This document shows, piece by piece, positions 26,010 to 41,493 of a DNA stretch of 64,000 bases (positions within the stretch are counted from its first letter, which is position 1; each line of letters starts with the position of its first letter). Location of the stretch: contig OX597822.1 of the NCBI GenBank assembly GCA_951406725.2, positions 10,850,001 through 10,914,000 of the forward strand, read 5' to 3'. The notes beneath the pieces are model-generated. The model did not search any database. It worked only from the letters and a program-made list of their open reading frames with translations, and was not told the DNA's origin. The translations under genes and the position numbers were made by a program. This stretch comes from Octopus vulgaris (lineage: Eukaryota).

Positions 26010-26290
26010 CGGTGAAGGTGCATGGCTGAGTGGATGGAGAATCGGGCTCAGAATCATGTGGTAGTGAGTTCGGTTCGATTTCTGGATTGGGCTGTGTTGT
26101 GTTCTTGAGCAAGACACTTTATTTCATGTTCCTCCAGCTCACTTGACTGTAGAAATGAGTTGCCAAGCTGGTATGCATGGGCGACTACTGATCTTTCATA
26201 AAAACCCTTGCCCAGACTTGTGCATAGGAAGGTAACTTTCTAGGTGCAGTCCCATAGTCATTCCTGACCGAAGAGATTCTTCTACTCTTT
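26010..26290 (+). mobile_element. tRNA-derived CORE-like SINE, family D
   Basis: A box TGGCTGAGTGG, B box GGTTCGATT, then GTGTTCTTGAGCAAGACACTTTATTTCA..CTCCAG.TCACT. Related copies on the minus strand at ~43600-43800 and ~44850-45065. Confidence 0.75.
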
Positions 26291-28726
26291 ATAAATTACC
26301 TCGAAGGTATTTCTACCCTCTATCCGTTGTCCATGATTTATAGAAATGTAGAAATAGAAGATGGACCCGGCATACCGTGGTTGTTGATGCGCAGAAGCAC
26401 ACTGAGGCTGCACCACTCACAGATTACATGAAACAATGAACGTTTGTAATACACAATTAGGTACGCCTACGTGTATCCACAGCTGATGAAGCTGTAGCCC
26501 TGAGTCATGAAAATATCTGAGTTTGAGCGCCTGACATCAGGATGTGTCATGTTCCCGTCATCCTTTACCAATCAGTCCCACACTGCTGTCAGTTAGAGCT
26601 TCCCTTCAGCAATATATAGAAAAAATAGTGATGAGTAAGAGCGGCGATTCTCTCGACAAGACTCTTGGCAAAAAATGAGGATGAAGTAGGTGGTTTGTTC
26701 TTGAGGACTTTCGGCCCGAGGTCTACTATGAATAAATCCTTAGCATCGAATTGCTTTTGACGGCCACTACTGGTTTGAGACAAAGCCTACAGACCCAGAA
26801 TTGTAACTAGGTGAGTGTGTTTGATGTGCGTGCTGATTGGTGAACCCATACTTTCATGAAGGTTCCGCGCATTACTATTTGTGGAGTTACGCACAGCAAT
26901 TCTTTCCTGGAGCAGGGCAGGGTTAGAAACAGAGTGGGTATCACCCTACAGTCCCTTGTTAATAGAGCAGTGCTAGCAGTTTTGCTCTATGGTAGAAGAG
27001 GTGGTGAGGTGGACAAGGCTGAAATGATTGTGTGCAGACAACTACCTCTTCGGTCAAGCCTTCAACGATTTATCAATTTTCACTTGGAAAGGTGAAGGTG
27101 GAGAGGAAAGCATTCTTCCCGAGGAAATTTGTCACCAACCATTGTGGCAAAAGTTGGTTTGCGTGAACGGACCTATAATAAGTATGCCTTCACAGATTGG
27201 AGAACAATAGCGGAGTGAGAGTTCGTGTCTTTGGCGATCAGATGCTGGATTTGTGGGGACTCTTGAATAGCCCTAGAGAAAGGCTCTCCTACAGCAGGAA
27301 GACTGCCTCGTCCATATTTTGCACACAATGTATTCGTTTTATTTCTATTTCTTCCTTCATCTCTTCATGTAAGCCCCACACAAACATCGTACTCGATCCT
27401 TGCAAGGTTTGCCTCAGTGGATGCGTTGAAGCAAATAAAAGTAATCATAATTATCAGCATCGTAATCATCTTTGTCGTCGTCGTCGTCGTCGTCGTAGCC
27501 GTCATTGTCGTTGTCATTGCCCTTGAGGTCATCACCATCACCATCATCGTCATCATCATCATCATCTTTATTATCATTATTATTGTTGCTGTTGTTGTTG
27601 TTACGAACAAATGGAAGAAGAAGAAGAGGAAGAGGAGGAGGAGGGAGACAACAATGGTTGGTGACGTACTTTGTCATTTTATGTGATGTCGTCAGTACAA
27701 GAACACTTAAATGCATGAAGTGATGACGGGAAGAGCAGGAATAACCGATGGTAAATTGCATACGTCTACAAGCAAAGGAAGCGAAGGAAGAGGAGGAGGA
27801 GGAGGCGAGGAAAGAGGGGGAGGAGGAGGAAGAGGAGGCGAGGTGTACTTAGAATATCAGCTTTGGTGAAAAGGGTTAAATGGTTAAATTCTCTTGCTTC
27901 GGTCCAGCTGGTTGACCTCGGTCAAAGGTCAGCGCTCAACTCTAACCCGAACCCGAACCCGGACTCTGCCTTATCTTGTTGGCAAGCAAGTATCCACAGA
28001 TCACTAACGTATAAGAACGATGAAAATCAGGCAAAGCTGAGTGGTGTGTGTGTGTGTGGCGTGAACAGGGCGATGTAAGTGGAACACGGGAAAGATCATC
28101 GTAAGAGAAGGCTTGTATGACACAGATGTTTTCTATGTGTTTCAGTGCGTGTGTGTGTGTGTGTGTGTGTGCGTGCGTGTGTGTGTGTTTGCGTGTCTGC
28201 GATGATGTCATTCATTGGCGAGTGCAGCGGTTAGTGGCAAGATGGAGGAGTTGAGTGAGTGTACGGTTGTGTTTGTAGTAGTGGTTGAATTATCGGAATG
28301 CAGAAGGAACATGGTGCAAAAGAATTGGTTGTAGGTGATGGCCGCAAGCAGGTAAGAGAGAAACAGTCTAAGCAAGTCTGTGTCCGTCGTGGTGGAATCA
28401 GTAGGTGGAGTATGGCGGTATAGGCTGTGCAATGTGGGATGATGAACGCGGCGGCCATTTTGCTTTGCTGTTTTCTTTGCATTCCGGTCTCATTTCTTGG
28501 CTCATTGATGCGATTAATGGTTGTTATTGTTTGCGTTGTTCATGACATCATGGCTACATTGTCTGAGAATCAAAACCACAAAACCATTCCGACAACAGTG
28601 GTGACGACGACGACGAGGACCACGATGACAACGACGACGATGATGGTTAAGCCGGCGGAGGTGACGATTGTGATTATGAAAATGTTCATGCTGAGAAGGA
28701 GGAAGGTCAAGTTGTTCACTTGGGCT

Positions 28727-29530
<804 letters not shown>

Positions 29531-30019
29531 GCAAATTACTGGAGAAGTAAACATTTACAATTTTTCTTGCTATTCTTGATGATTACTGAGAGGGCCTCTC
29601 CGTTCGAGGAAAACCATGACATAAGCTGTTACAGCCATGACCACCATTTCTTATTGTCAAATATAGAATACCATTATCTCATGTACGAAAAATCTAGATA
29701 TCATTTTTGCAATGTGGGGTTTTTGCTTAGCAAAACCTTCATCTTTTTGGTCCCGATTTGGTTCCAGCCTTGGTTAAAAAATCATTGTTTTAGGTAGCAT
29801 ATCACAAAACGAAAAAAAAAGGATGAAATGTAAGCGTTTACAAGACTGTAGATTATTATTTTAAGAAGATCTGGTTGCCATTTCTAGCAGTGCGAGTAAC
29901 AACACCGAGACACATTTAACAACTCATATTCAAAGCTCAAATAACAACTGTATATATCACAGCAAAAGGTTATATTGATGATGAAGGTGATAGCTAGATA
30001 AATGAAATTATGGAACCAC

Positions 30020-30413
<394 letters not shown>

Positions 30414-30589
30414 GGTAGCTGCCCCCTCGTTATCGAGTATGGCCATTGCACGAAGCTTAATCAATGTTTTTATCGTACAATGCCTGTGCAAGAAGAATAT
30501 TTTATAGTGAGAAAAGGCTGTGCACTGAGTGAATCCCACTCACTAAGCAACAGCAGCCATAATACGAAAAGAAGAACAAGTCAACATCA

Positions 30590-30950
30590 TCGGTAACCAC
30601 TGAGCCGCAGGTTTTTTTTCGGAGTTATCCCAGTTACCTGAGTTGCCTTCTCCTAGAAGGATGCCCTAACAAAGGCTAGGAGTCCTTCACTCCCAATGGT
30701 TTAACCGCGCGATCGGGTATTCAATCCGATTATTTCTATATCCCCGCGCATGATACATCCTTATGGCCGTTGACTCCCAAGAGTTCCTCCGCCCTTTGAC
30801 GGGATTTGTTTTTCATCCCGCAGGGTGTCCAATAAATACCCTCTTCACCAAGCAAGCTTGGTGGGGTTGCTGGTTTAGTCACCGACGACCCGACTATGCA
30901 ACAGGTTGTACTGGGTTACATGTTACCAGTAGCACTCGAAAGTGACCTGA
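30590..30950 (-). mobile_element. Probable RTE-clade 5' UTR fragment
   Basis: GC-rich island whose minus strand has CCTAGCCTTTGTTAGGGCATCCTTCTAGGAGAAGGCAACTC, resembling the motif I recall upstream of RTE-clade ORFs. It abuts (TACA)n. No ORF is retained. Confidence 0.55.
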
Positions 30951-31362
30951 CATACATACATACATACATACATGTATATATAATATAAAAATTTGCGAAG
31001 ACATCAGTTACTCTGTTATTATCTCGTGTAACAATTTAAAAATGACAACAGAATCAATAATATAGGCGATTATAGCCCCCCCCCCACCGCCCCAAAAGAA
31101 AATATAGCTCAAGGATTAAAATTAATCAAAGGACAATCCGAAGTATGTCTACCTGCTGGAAATAACAGTCAAAACTCTTGTTTAAATCGCCAAAAATACA
31201 CTGATAAATATTATACACACACACACACATATATATATATATGTATATATATGTATGTATATACCCTATTTTGCATTATATAGATAATACCATACTAAAT
31301 TCTGGTGCCTTAAACTTAAGTACCATGTTCAACTGAATCTAAATTTTACTGAACTTATAATA

Positions 31363-31397
<35 letters not shown>

Positions 31398-31768
31398 TAC
31401 GCAGACACACACAGTCACACACTTATATATACTGTGTGTGTTTATTTATAATTATTTATTTTGTTATTTTCTTTATCCGCTTTCCTCCTCCATCTTAAAG
31501 AAATCGTCTACCTTCCCCCTTTTACAGTTTTACGATGTAACCCTCCCACAGGTCATTAGGCTTTACTGCCGACCACTTACCTAATGTGTCATAAGACCAA
31601 CTGATATCTGGGCACAACAATGGCAACAAAGACAGCAGCGGACAAAAGAAACGTTAAGATAAGGCGCACACAATTGACCTTTAATAGTTTCACTCCCAGA
31701 CGACGCGCTGTGCCGCTAGTTTCGATAGCATGTAGATTTCTTTATATTTGATTGTATTTCGTTTTTGG

Positions 31769-31896
31769 AATTGTTGTTGTTGTTGTTGTTGCTGTTGCTG
31801 TTGTTGTTATTATTATTATTATTATCATTATTATTGTTATTGTTGTTATTATTATTATTATTATTAATATTATTATCATTATTATTGTTATTGTTG

Positions 31897-31948
<52 letters not shown>

Positions 31949-31996
31949 CATCATCATTATTATTATTATTATAATCATCATCAGCAGCAGCAGCAG

Positions 31997-32057
<61 letters not shown>

Positions 32058-32128
32058 ATTATTATTATTTATTGTTGTTTTTATTATCATCATCATTATC
32101 ATTATCATTCTTCTTCTTCTTCTTCTTC

Positions 32129-32186
<58 letters not shown>

Positions 32187-32260
32187 CATCATCATCATCA
32201 TCATCATCATTATTAGCAGTAGTAGTAGTTGTATTGTTGTTGTTATTGTTATTGCTATTT
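31769..32260. repeat. Compound (GTT)/(ATT)/(CAT)/(CTT) microsatellite
   Basis: Direct reading. Confidence 0.95.
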
Positions 32261-32601
32261 TCAGGAGCATTTGTAATGTTTTATTGCTTCAGGTTTGTGT
32301 TTTTGTTGTGTTTATCTTTGTTTCCACAAATGGATGCTAGTATTTAGCGATTTGATTGACATATTATACAGATAACAGAGAACTTATCACTTTTCTTTAT
32401 CGTTGGGCCCTTGCTCTTATATTAGCATTCTAATTAGCACATGCGAAGACCAACCGGCGAACCAAAATATACGCTCAAGCACACGTACGAACATACAAAC
32501 CTGCACAGATGCACACCAATACACACACTCACACAAGCACGCACTCATATACACATGCATATATATATATATATACATGTACATTATGTATGCTTATATA
32601 C

Positions 32602-32654
<53 letters not shown>

Positions 32655-32670
32655 TGTAGACATATAAATA

Positions 32671-32772
<102 letters not shown>

Positions 32773-33219
32773 ATGTATTAGGTATGCGTGTATATATAGA
32801 TATATACAGTCGCAATCTCACACAAACGCATACTTGCTTACACATACACATATGGCAACAGAGAAAATGAGGGAGTTGGTGTATGAATGGAAGATAAGAG
32901 AAGGACATAGAGCAACAATGAATATAGAGGCGCAATAAAACAATAAAATTCAATGTAAATCTGAAATTACGAATCAAACATACACATAAATACACCCACA
33001 CACACACACTCAATCACAGAATTACATACATACACACACACACACACACACCCAATCATTCGTACACACACGGTATACAGAGATACACTCATTTATTAAA
33101 GTATACACACCAAGATACTCGCAAATAAACATACACACGCACACAAATATATTTATGCATGCCTATATAAATAAATATATATACAAAACAAGTGCACAAT
33201 CACAAAGAAAAGCAGACGA

Positions 33220-34215
<996 letters not shown>

Positions 34216-34680
34216 AGTGGATGAATGAGAAGTGAAAAAAAGAAAGAAGAAGAGATAGTGGGAAGGATTGAAATCTCTGGAGAATTTATCTGTAGAATTC
34301 GAATCATATTGAATGCTTTAGTAATTAGTCTGTGTTTCACTTATATTTCGTTTGGCTTGTTTTGTTATTAATGTTGTTGTTTCGGATTGGGAAGGGAGTA
34401 GTGGGGGTGTTAGTGCTCTTGTTTATTTTTGTTTATTCCTATGTTTTGTTTTTGTGTTTTTGTTTTTGCGTTTTTCAAGAACATTGAAGAAAGTGCTATC
34501 GTTTTCACCGATATTGTTGTCGGTTTTATGGCAGCTGTTATTGTTGTTTTCATTGTTGTTCATGCTGTTGTGGTGGTTACTGCTGCTTAGACACATCAAG
34601 TGGATGGATTCGTGTCAAAAAGTGCTCCTTCTGTGGCCATCCCTCCTTTTTATAGCTAAGGTTACATTTACCAGAATACC

Positions 34681-34915
34681 TATTTCTTTACTACCCACAA
34701 GGGGCTAAACACAGAAAGGACAAACAAGGACAGACAGACGGATTAAGCCGATTATGTCGACCCCAGTGTGTAACTGGTACTTAATTTATCGACCCCGAAA
34801 GAATGAAAGGCAAAGTCGACCTTGGCGGAATTTGAACTCAGGACGTAACGGCAGACGAAATACCGCTAAAGCATTTCGCCCGACGTGCTAACGTTTCTGC
34901 CAGCTCGCTCGCCTA
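34681..34915 (-). mobile_element. SINE family B with 19-bp TSD
   Basis: TTACATTTACCAGAATACC at 34662-34680 and 34916-34934. Confidence 0.93.
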
Positions 34916-35249
34916 TTACATTTACCAGAATACCGTTTCACTAAGCGGTGTGTGTACGTGTTTGCACGCGAGCGCGCGTGTGTATGTGTGTTATGCGAGA
35001 GGAATTTGGCTGCCATTTTTTGCAAGCTCCTTCGCTGGATTGCGTAGTTGGTAATGTAGCTCTGTTCCAACCCAAGTCGTGGTCTTCGTATTGGTGTCAG
35101 TGTTGTTGATGGTGCTGTTGATGGTGTTATCGACGTTGTTATTGGTGATGGCCACGGTGATTAAGACATCGGTGTTGGTAGTAATGTTAATAAGGGTAGT
35201 GGTGCTGGAGGTGGCGTAGATGCTTGTGGCAGTGAATTGGTATTGATAT

Positions 35250-35322
<73 letters not shown>

Positions 35323-35389
35323 TATAGTGGTGGTAGTGGCGTCGGTGATCGTAGACAAAAGTATTGACATTGATGTTAATATTGTTTCC

Positions 35390-35787
35390 AATTTTTGGCT
35401 CAGGGCCAGCGATTTTGGGAGAGTAGATATGTCGATTACATCGACCCCAGTGCTCTACTGGTACTTATTTTGTCGTCCCCCAAAGGGCGAAAGGTAAAGT
35501 CAACCTCGGCGGAATTTAAACTCAGAACGAAATACATCTAAGGATTTTCCCCGACGCGGTAAAAATCCTGCCAGCTCGCCGCCTTTCTGTAGAGTTATGT
35601 TGTTTTGGGGAGGAGATAAGTCGATAACATCGACCCCAGTGCTGAACTGTTATTTATTTTATCAACCACCGAAAGGATGAAAAGCAAAGTCAACCACGAC
35701 GGAATTTGAACTCAGAGCGTTAAGACGGATGAAATGCCACTAACCATTTTACCAGCCTTGCTAACGATTACTACAGCTCACCGCCTT
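35390..35787 (-). mobile_element. Two tandem degenerate SINE family B copies
   Basis: CATCGACCCCAGTGC...GGAATTT.AACTCAGA...GCTC.CCGCCTT occurs twice. Confidence 0.8.
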
Positions 35788-36353
35788 GCATATTGCTGTC
35801 GACATTGATATGATGTGGATATTGTTAACGTTTAGACCTAGAACATGACTGAGTAGAACTGTTATTAAAGGTATTTCAACAGTGAGCAGATTTTCCTTTT
35901 AAAGATACGTCTAAAACTACAAAATTCAGATGTATCGTTACCGCACGGATAAATTCCCAGGAGATTGAGATCGATTTGCTCTCAAAATCAGTCGCAGGAA
36001 GAACCAAGTAATAAAACAAGGTGTTCTACCATTTTCTTACATTAATATTTCAAAGAGAATCTTACTCAAGCGATAGAACTCGAGAAGCACAACGGCAAAA
36101 CAACTTATACTCTCTTAAGACTTACCAGCAATATATGAAGGAGCAAATGGTTCGGAATATCTTTCTATATCGATGTATAAACGTTTCCATTTCGTTGCAC
36201 AATTCTGCATGGAAGCGAGTTGTGGACAACATAATTTGTACAAGAAAAGCCAACCTCATGAGTTTCGTACTATGTCTGCACGGACTCCTTGTACTCAATG
36301 GGAGGGCAAAATTTTACATTCGATGGATATTTGTCCTTATCTTGTTTGTTGTT

Positions 36354-36399
36354 AACACAATGTTTCGGCTGATATAACCTCCAGCCTTCATCAGGTGTC
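36354..36399 (-). ncRNA. Minimal type I hammerhead ribozyme in a PLE terminus
   Basis: GACAC-CUGAUGA-A-GGCUG-(loop)-CAGCC-GAAA-CAUU-GUGUU. Stem III is probably decayed from palindromic AACGUU. Confidence 0.85.
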
Positions 36400-36458
36400 T
36401 TGGGGAAATTTCGATCCTGGGTTCTCATTCCTAAGGTATTCTTCTTCTTCTTCTTCTC

Positions 36459-36491
<33 letters not shown>

Positions 36492-36495
<4 letters not shown>

Positions 36496-36566
36496 TCACT
36501 GTCTGGAATCGAACTCGGAATCTCGGGGTTAGTAGCCCGCACACTTAACCACTACGCCATATGCTC
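36492..36566 (-). promoter_or_regulatory. tRNA-like Pol III internal promoter module
   Basis: A box TGGCGTAGTGG (36549-36559), anticodon-like arm GGG-CTACTAA-CCC, B box GAGTTCGATTCC (36505-36516). There is no acceptor stem, so it is not a tRNA gene. Confidence 0.8.
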
Positions 36567-36625
36567 GTGGGCAATTATAGAGTGAATTTTGGGGCTTATA
36601 AGTCTAGTATTTTCCTATATTTCCT

Positions 36626-38685
36626 TAAACCGGTTCCCATATGCTATTCATATTTGCACTCGTTCTGCTCAGGCGGTTGTTATGCCCAAGCATATATACT
36701 GCTTCTTTCAGTTTTTGTATTTTCCACTGGTGTTCTCTGTCTATTATTTTAACTTCATCCCACAGGGGGAGATGGTCTCCATTTTTCCATACATGATCAG
36801 CTATACCCGATTTATCAATATCTCTTCATGTCACAGCTTTGCGATGTTCGTCTACCGTTATTTTGAGGGGGCGATATGTTTCACCTTTGTATAACCTACC
36901 ACAACTGCAAGTGATGGAGTACACGCTGTTTTTGGTCATATTCTCTTCTATTGGTGGTTTTAATCGCAGATATTTGCAAAGTGTTGTATTACTCTTGAAT
37001 ACTGTCCTGATGTCATATGGGCCGCATATCTTTTGTATCTTTCCGGAGATCTTCCACATAGGGTAGACAGACTGTGGACAGTTTATTGGTTTCTTTTCTT
37101 CATAATTGGGATGGATAGTCTGTTTTTGGGGGTAGTTGTTGCTTAATAGATTGTTACTGAGCTTGATCATTTCTTCGCGATGGGTATCACGATCGCTACT
37201 TATATTCTTTGCTCGATGTTTAGGCACTGAGCAATCCATCTCTTTACACTGTATGGATGGTGGGAATTAAAGTTGACGTATCGTCCAGTGAAGGTCGGTT
37301 TCCTGAATCCATGCTTGGTGCGTGTTATTAATGCATCCAGGAATACTAGCTGATTGTCTTTCTCCTTTTCCGTTGTGAACTTTATAGATGGTTTTATTGA
37401 GTTCATATGATCTAACAGCACTTGGACATCTTCCTGGTGGGGCCAGAGTATAAAGGTGTCATCAACATATCGTAGCCATAGGGTTGGTTTTAGTGGTGTT
37501 GATCCTAAAGCCAAATTTTCAAAGTATTCCATATATATATATATATTGGCTATTATCGGTAATAATGACGAACCCATAGCTAAACCCTCTTCTTGTCGAT
37601 ATATATCAGTGTCCATACTGAAGTTGGTAGTTTCTACGCAGAAGGTCATCATTTCCATCAAGTTTCTTATTGGTATACTCGTGCGTTCTTTTTAGATGGG
37701 TGTCTGTCTGGGACTTTGGTGAAGAGACTTATCACATCTAGACTCACCATCTGGTTGGTTTCAATGGGGGAATCCTTGATCAATTCTGTGAAGTGGATGG
37801 AATTTTTCACGTACAATGTTAACTTTCCTGCTAATGGACTGATTATGTCCACAAGGAAGCGGCTCAGTGGATGACATGCTGAACCTCTACAGCTCACTAT
37901 AGGTCTTAATGGAATACCATCCTTGCGAATCTTAGGGAGACCTTACATGTGTGGTACTTTACAGTAGGGTTGAGTCAGTTGTCTGTACTTCATTGGTGTA
38001 AAGTGATCCTTGTTCTTAATTAAGACCTGTGACAACTTCCACTCTTTTTTCAGAGTTGGGTCTTTCTTTTCTTTGCTGTAGCTACCTTCACTTATCAGAC
38101 TTGCCAATTTTTCCGAGTAGTCAGACTTGTTCATCACCACTGTAGCATTTCCCTTGTCCGCTGGAAGTATTATGATGGCATTGTCACTCTGTAGTCTTTT
38201 GATAGCGAACGTTTCTTCCTTAGTGATGTTTGGTTTGGGAAGTTTTGCTTTTTCTAGTACCTGTTTCACTTTCCACCTTAGTTCATCTCCCTCAGCTTTT
38301 GGTATCTTTATGGCTATCTCTTCAATAGGGGCTATCATGTCCAAGTATGGAATGCGCTTGATGGTTGTCGCAAAGCTGAGACCTTTGTTTAGTACTGCTT
38401 TTTCAGAGCTTTCTGGATGTCGGCTACTTACATTAATTACTGCTTTCACAGGCGAGTGACGGACTTCAGTCTTCATTCTCTAAACTTTCAGTTTCATAAA
38501 CTTCTTAATCTGGCGGATCTTCACCATTTCATATTCTTTCGTGTATGACTTTTCTAGATCTTGTTGGATTCTCTTTCTATCATCATCTCTGGTCATTTTC
38601 CTAAGTAATGAATATAACCTCTCTTTGATTTCGTTATTTAGTTAATGTTTTTTCCAACGGTTGTAATGGATCATCTCACGGAAAT
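36626..38685 (-). pseudogene. Penelope/Poseidon-type PLE ORF (RT + GIY-YIG), disrupted
   Basis: VLNKGLSF, PKPNITKEE, IIILPADKGNATVVM, LDVISLFTKVP, GLAMGS, WLRYVDDTF, FLDALI, VYSITCSCGRLYKGET. The frame continues past an in-frame TGA as SGIADHVW..KLKEA..IWEPV*. Confidence 0.93.
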
Positions 38686-38994
38686 AATGTAAAATGACAA
38701 GAGTTATTTCTCCTGGTTATCGTTTATGCCTATGTAACAAAGGAAAGAAAAAACATTTTGTTTCACCCGTCCCCCAGTTTTAAAGATAATCAAACCAAAA
38801 TTTAATGAGTTCCAGCCACTTAGCCAAGAAGTATATCTGCCACATTTCGTGAAAATCCGTTTAGCCGTTTTCCAGTAATTTTGCAAACACTCTGACGAAC
38901 GGACCAAGATGAGTGACTACAATACAATGCGCGCGTAAGCAAAAGCAGAGTATTGTAGGAGAAAAAAATATTTGTTAAGGTTTGGGTTACCTTT

Positions 38995-39192
38995 TGCTTT
39001 TTACTTGTTTCAGTGATTATACCGTGGCCATGCTGGGGCACAAACTTGAATAATTTTAGCCAAATGAATCGACCTCAATACTTATTTTTTTAAAACCTGG
39101 TACGTATTCTGTCCGATCCTTTTGCCGAATTTCTAAGTTATGGGAGGAAAAACACACCAACAGCGCATGTCAAACGCCAGAGCGGAGACAGA

Positions 39193-39234
<42 letters not shown>

Positions 39235-39429
39235 ACACGCAAACATATATATTTAAACACACACACACACATACACACACACACACACACATATATATAT
39301 ATCAGCCGAAATTTGCTATGATGATCCGGTTTCTGACTGAAGATTAAAGGCTTCGAATGACCCGTCTGTTTTCTGTGTTCGTCCCTTTGTGTATTTCACG
39401 TTCTTGTTTCTTTATATATAATTTTTATT

Positions 39430-39472
<43 letters not shown>

Positions 39473-39610
39473 CAGGCTTCTTTCAGTTTCCATCTAGGAA
39501 ATCCACTCTCTAGGCATTGATCAGCTATAATAACACTTACCAAAAGTATTACACAGTGAGATTGAACCCGGGCCGTGTAGTCGGAAAGCAAAGGTTTTGC
39601 CACACAGCTA
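38995..39610 (-). mobile_element. Degenerate SINE family A, interrupted by a ~110-bp module (39300-39410)
   Basis: Tail TTTACTTGTTTCAGT; head remnants at 39470-39610. Confidence 0.7.
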
Positions 39611-39797
39611 CAGAAATGTGTAAGAGTCGTTTCGGTAATAGAGATTAAAATACTGAGCGTTTGGCGGTAGAAAGTTCTTAGAGAGAGTTCGATGTTTGAA
39701 ATGAATTAGAAAGGATTTGACGGAGAATATTATTAGAAAAGTATTGGCGATTGAATTGTAGAATTGCGTTTGAGAGAGTATTCTTTTATTCTATTGT

Positions 39798-40206
39798 TCT
39801 TTTACTTGTTTCAGTCATTTGACTGCGGCCATGCTGGAGCACCGCCTTTAGTCGAGCAAATCGAGCCCAGGACTTATTCTTCGTTAGCCTAGTACTTATT
39901 CTATCGGTCTCTTTTGCTGAACCGCTCAGTTACGTGGACGTAAACACACCAGCATCGGTTGTCAATATATACACACACATAAATACAAGGATACATAAAT
40001 AAATAAATAGTAATAACTAGTTATAGAATTGATAAAGTAAGACATGCAGAGATGTGTAGTTTCCGTCAACCAAATTGACTCACAACGCTTTGGTTGACCC
40101 GAGGCTATAGTAGAAGACACTTGACCAAGATGCCACGCTGTGGGACTGAACCCGGAACCATGTTGTTTGTAAGCAAGCTACTTACCATATAGCCGCACCT
40201 GCGCCT
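39798..40206 (-). mobile_element. SINE family A with a foreign 52-bp insert
   Basis: Family match. 40008-40059 copies 40680-40731. Confidence 0.88.
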
Positions 40207-41449
40207 AGCGGACATTGATTAAAGAGCATTTTGTTGAGTGATTTTTCAGTGATGTATTGATGGTAGAATTATATTAAAATGTGTTTGATAACTGATGAAT
40301 GCTTGGTAGACATGTGCTTAAATGGTTTTTTGTGGTAGCAAGTTGTTGTAAAGAGTTTATTGGTAGAGTTTGTTAGAAGAGTTTTGATGGGAGAAATATG
40401 TTAGAGAGGATTTAGAGACAGAAGCACACGGGACAATAAAAGCCAAGGTAATAACAGAGAAATAGAAGCAGGGGGAAGTAAGAATATGAATATGGAGAAG
40501 AGAGTTTATTAATAACGAGTCGGCTGTAAGAGCGAAGACTTAAATAGATGAGGAACAAAGACGGAAGTTCCTAAGAGAAACCGGACACAGTAAGTTACAT
40601 CTCATTAAAGGCCTATTTATGGTAAAATAGAGGCAACTTGGTTGTTATAGAGAGAAGGGAGAAGTTGATTGTGAGAAAGTAGTAATAACTAGTTATGGAA
40701 TTGATAAAGTAAGACATGGCGAGATGTGTAGAGAGATTATAAGAACAGAGAACGAGAGATGGCTAAAATGTCTGAAGCAGGTTGGTTTAATTATCAAACA
40801 GTCCAGAAGAGAAAGGTGAGCTAACAAAATAAGAGAGAGGGAGAGAGAGAGAGTGAGGTAGAGAGAGGGAGAGAGAGAGAGGGAGGTAGAGAGAGGGAGA
40901 GAGAGAGTGAGGTAGAGAGAGGGAGAGACAGAGACAGACAGATAGACAGAGTGGAACTTGGTTATGCGTGTGAGGAAATTGATAAAAGAGATAGTATGAG
41001 AGAATGAAAAAGTGAGACAGACAGACAGACAGACATACAGATGGTAACAAACAGAGAGAGAAAAAGGGAGATTGGAAGAAAGAAAAGAATTTGATAGTAT
41101 ACATGACATTGATTGATAGAATGTGGGAGATAAACTGATAGGATAGATGCAGGGAGTAAGAGACAGAGCGAGAGAAAAAGACGGAGAGAGAGAGGGGGGA
41201 GGAAAAAGGGGATAATTGACAGGGAGAGAAAGATTGAAACTTGGAGGTTGAGGAAAACAGCAGCGAAAGAGAGTGAGGGAGGATGAGAATTCGACAAGAA
41301 GGGAAACGGTGGAAGATAAAGACCTCAATCTTTATGAGAAATAGACAGAGATCAAGAAAGGTAGGCAGCGAGACAGAGACGGTGATAGAGAGACATAGAT
41401 AGGAAAAGAAGAGTGACAGAACGTGGGAGAGATAGAGACGGAGAAAGAA

Positions 41450-41493
<44 letters not shown>

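Noticed and set aside
26330-27420. Degenerate Ty3/Gypsy gag-like remnant (minus strand MFVWGLHEEMKEEIEIKRIHCVQNMDEAV)
   Set aside because: Only one weak motif, with no clear protease, RT or LTR. It needs a translated search.
30780-30950. HDV-like ribozyme at the RTE-like 5' end
   Set aside because: Expected from RTE biology, and GGTCAC/GTGACT could pair, but I could not build the nested double pseudoknot by eye. It needs an RNArobo or Infernal search.
36492-36566. tRNA gene
   Set aside because: A and B boxes are present, but there is no acceptor-stem pairing and it runs into a microsatellite. The same applies to the SINE heads.
39300-39410. Hammerhead in the small module inside the SINE
   Set aside because: CTGAAGA is present, but stem II and GAAA are not convincing.
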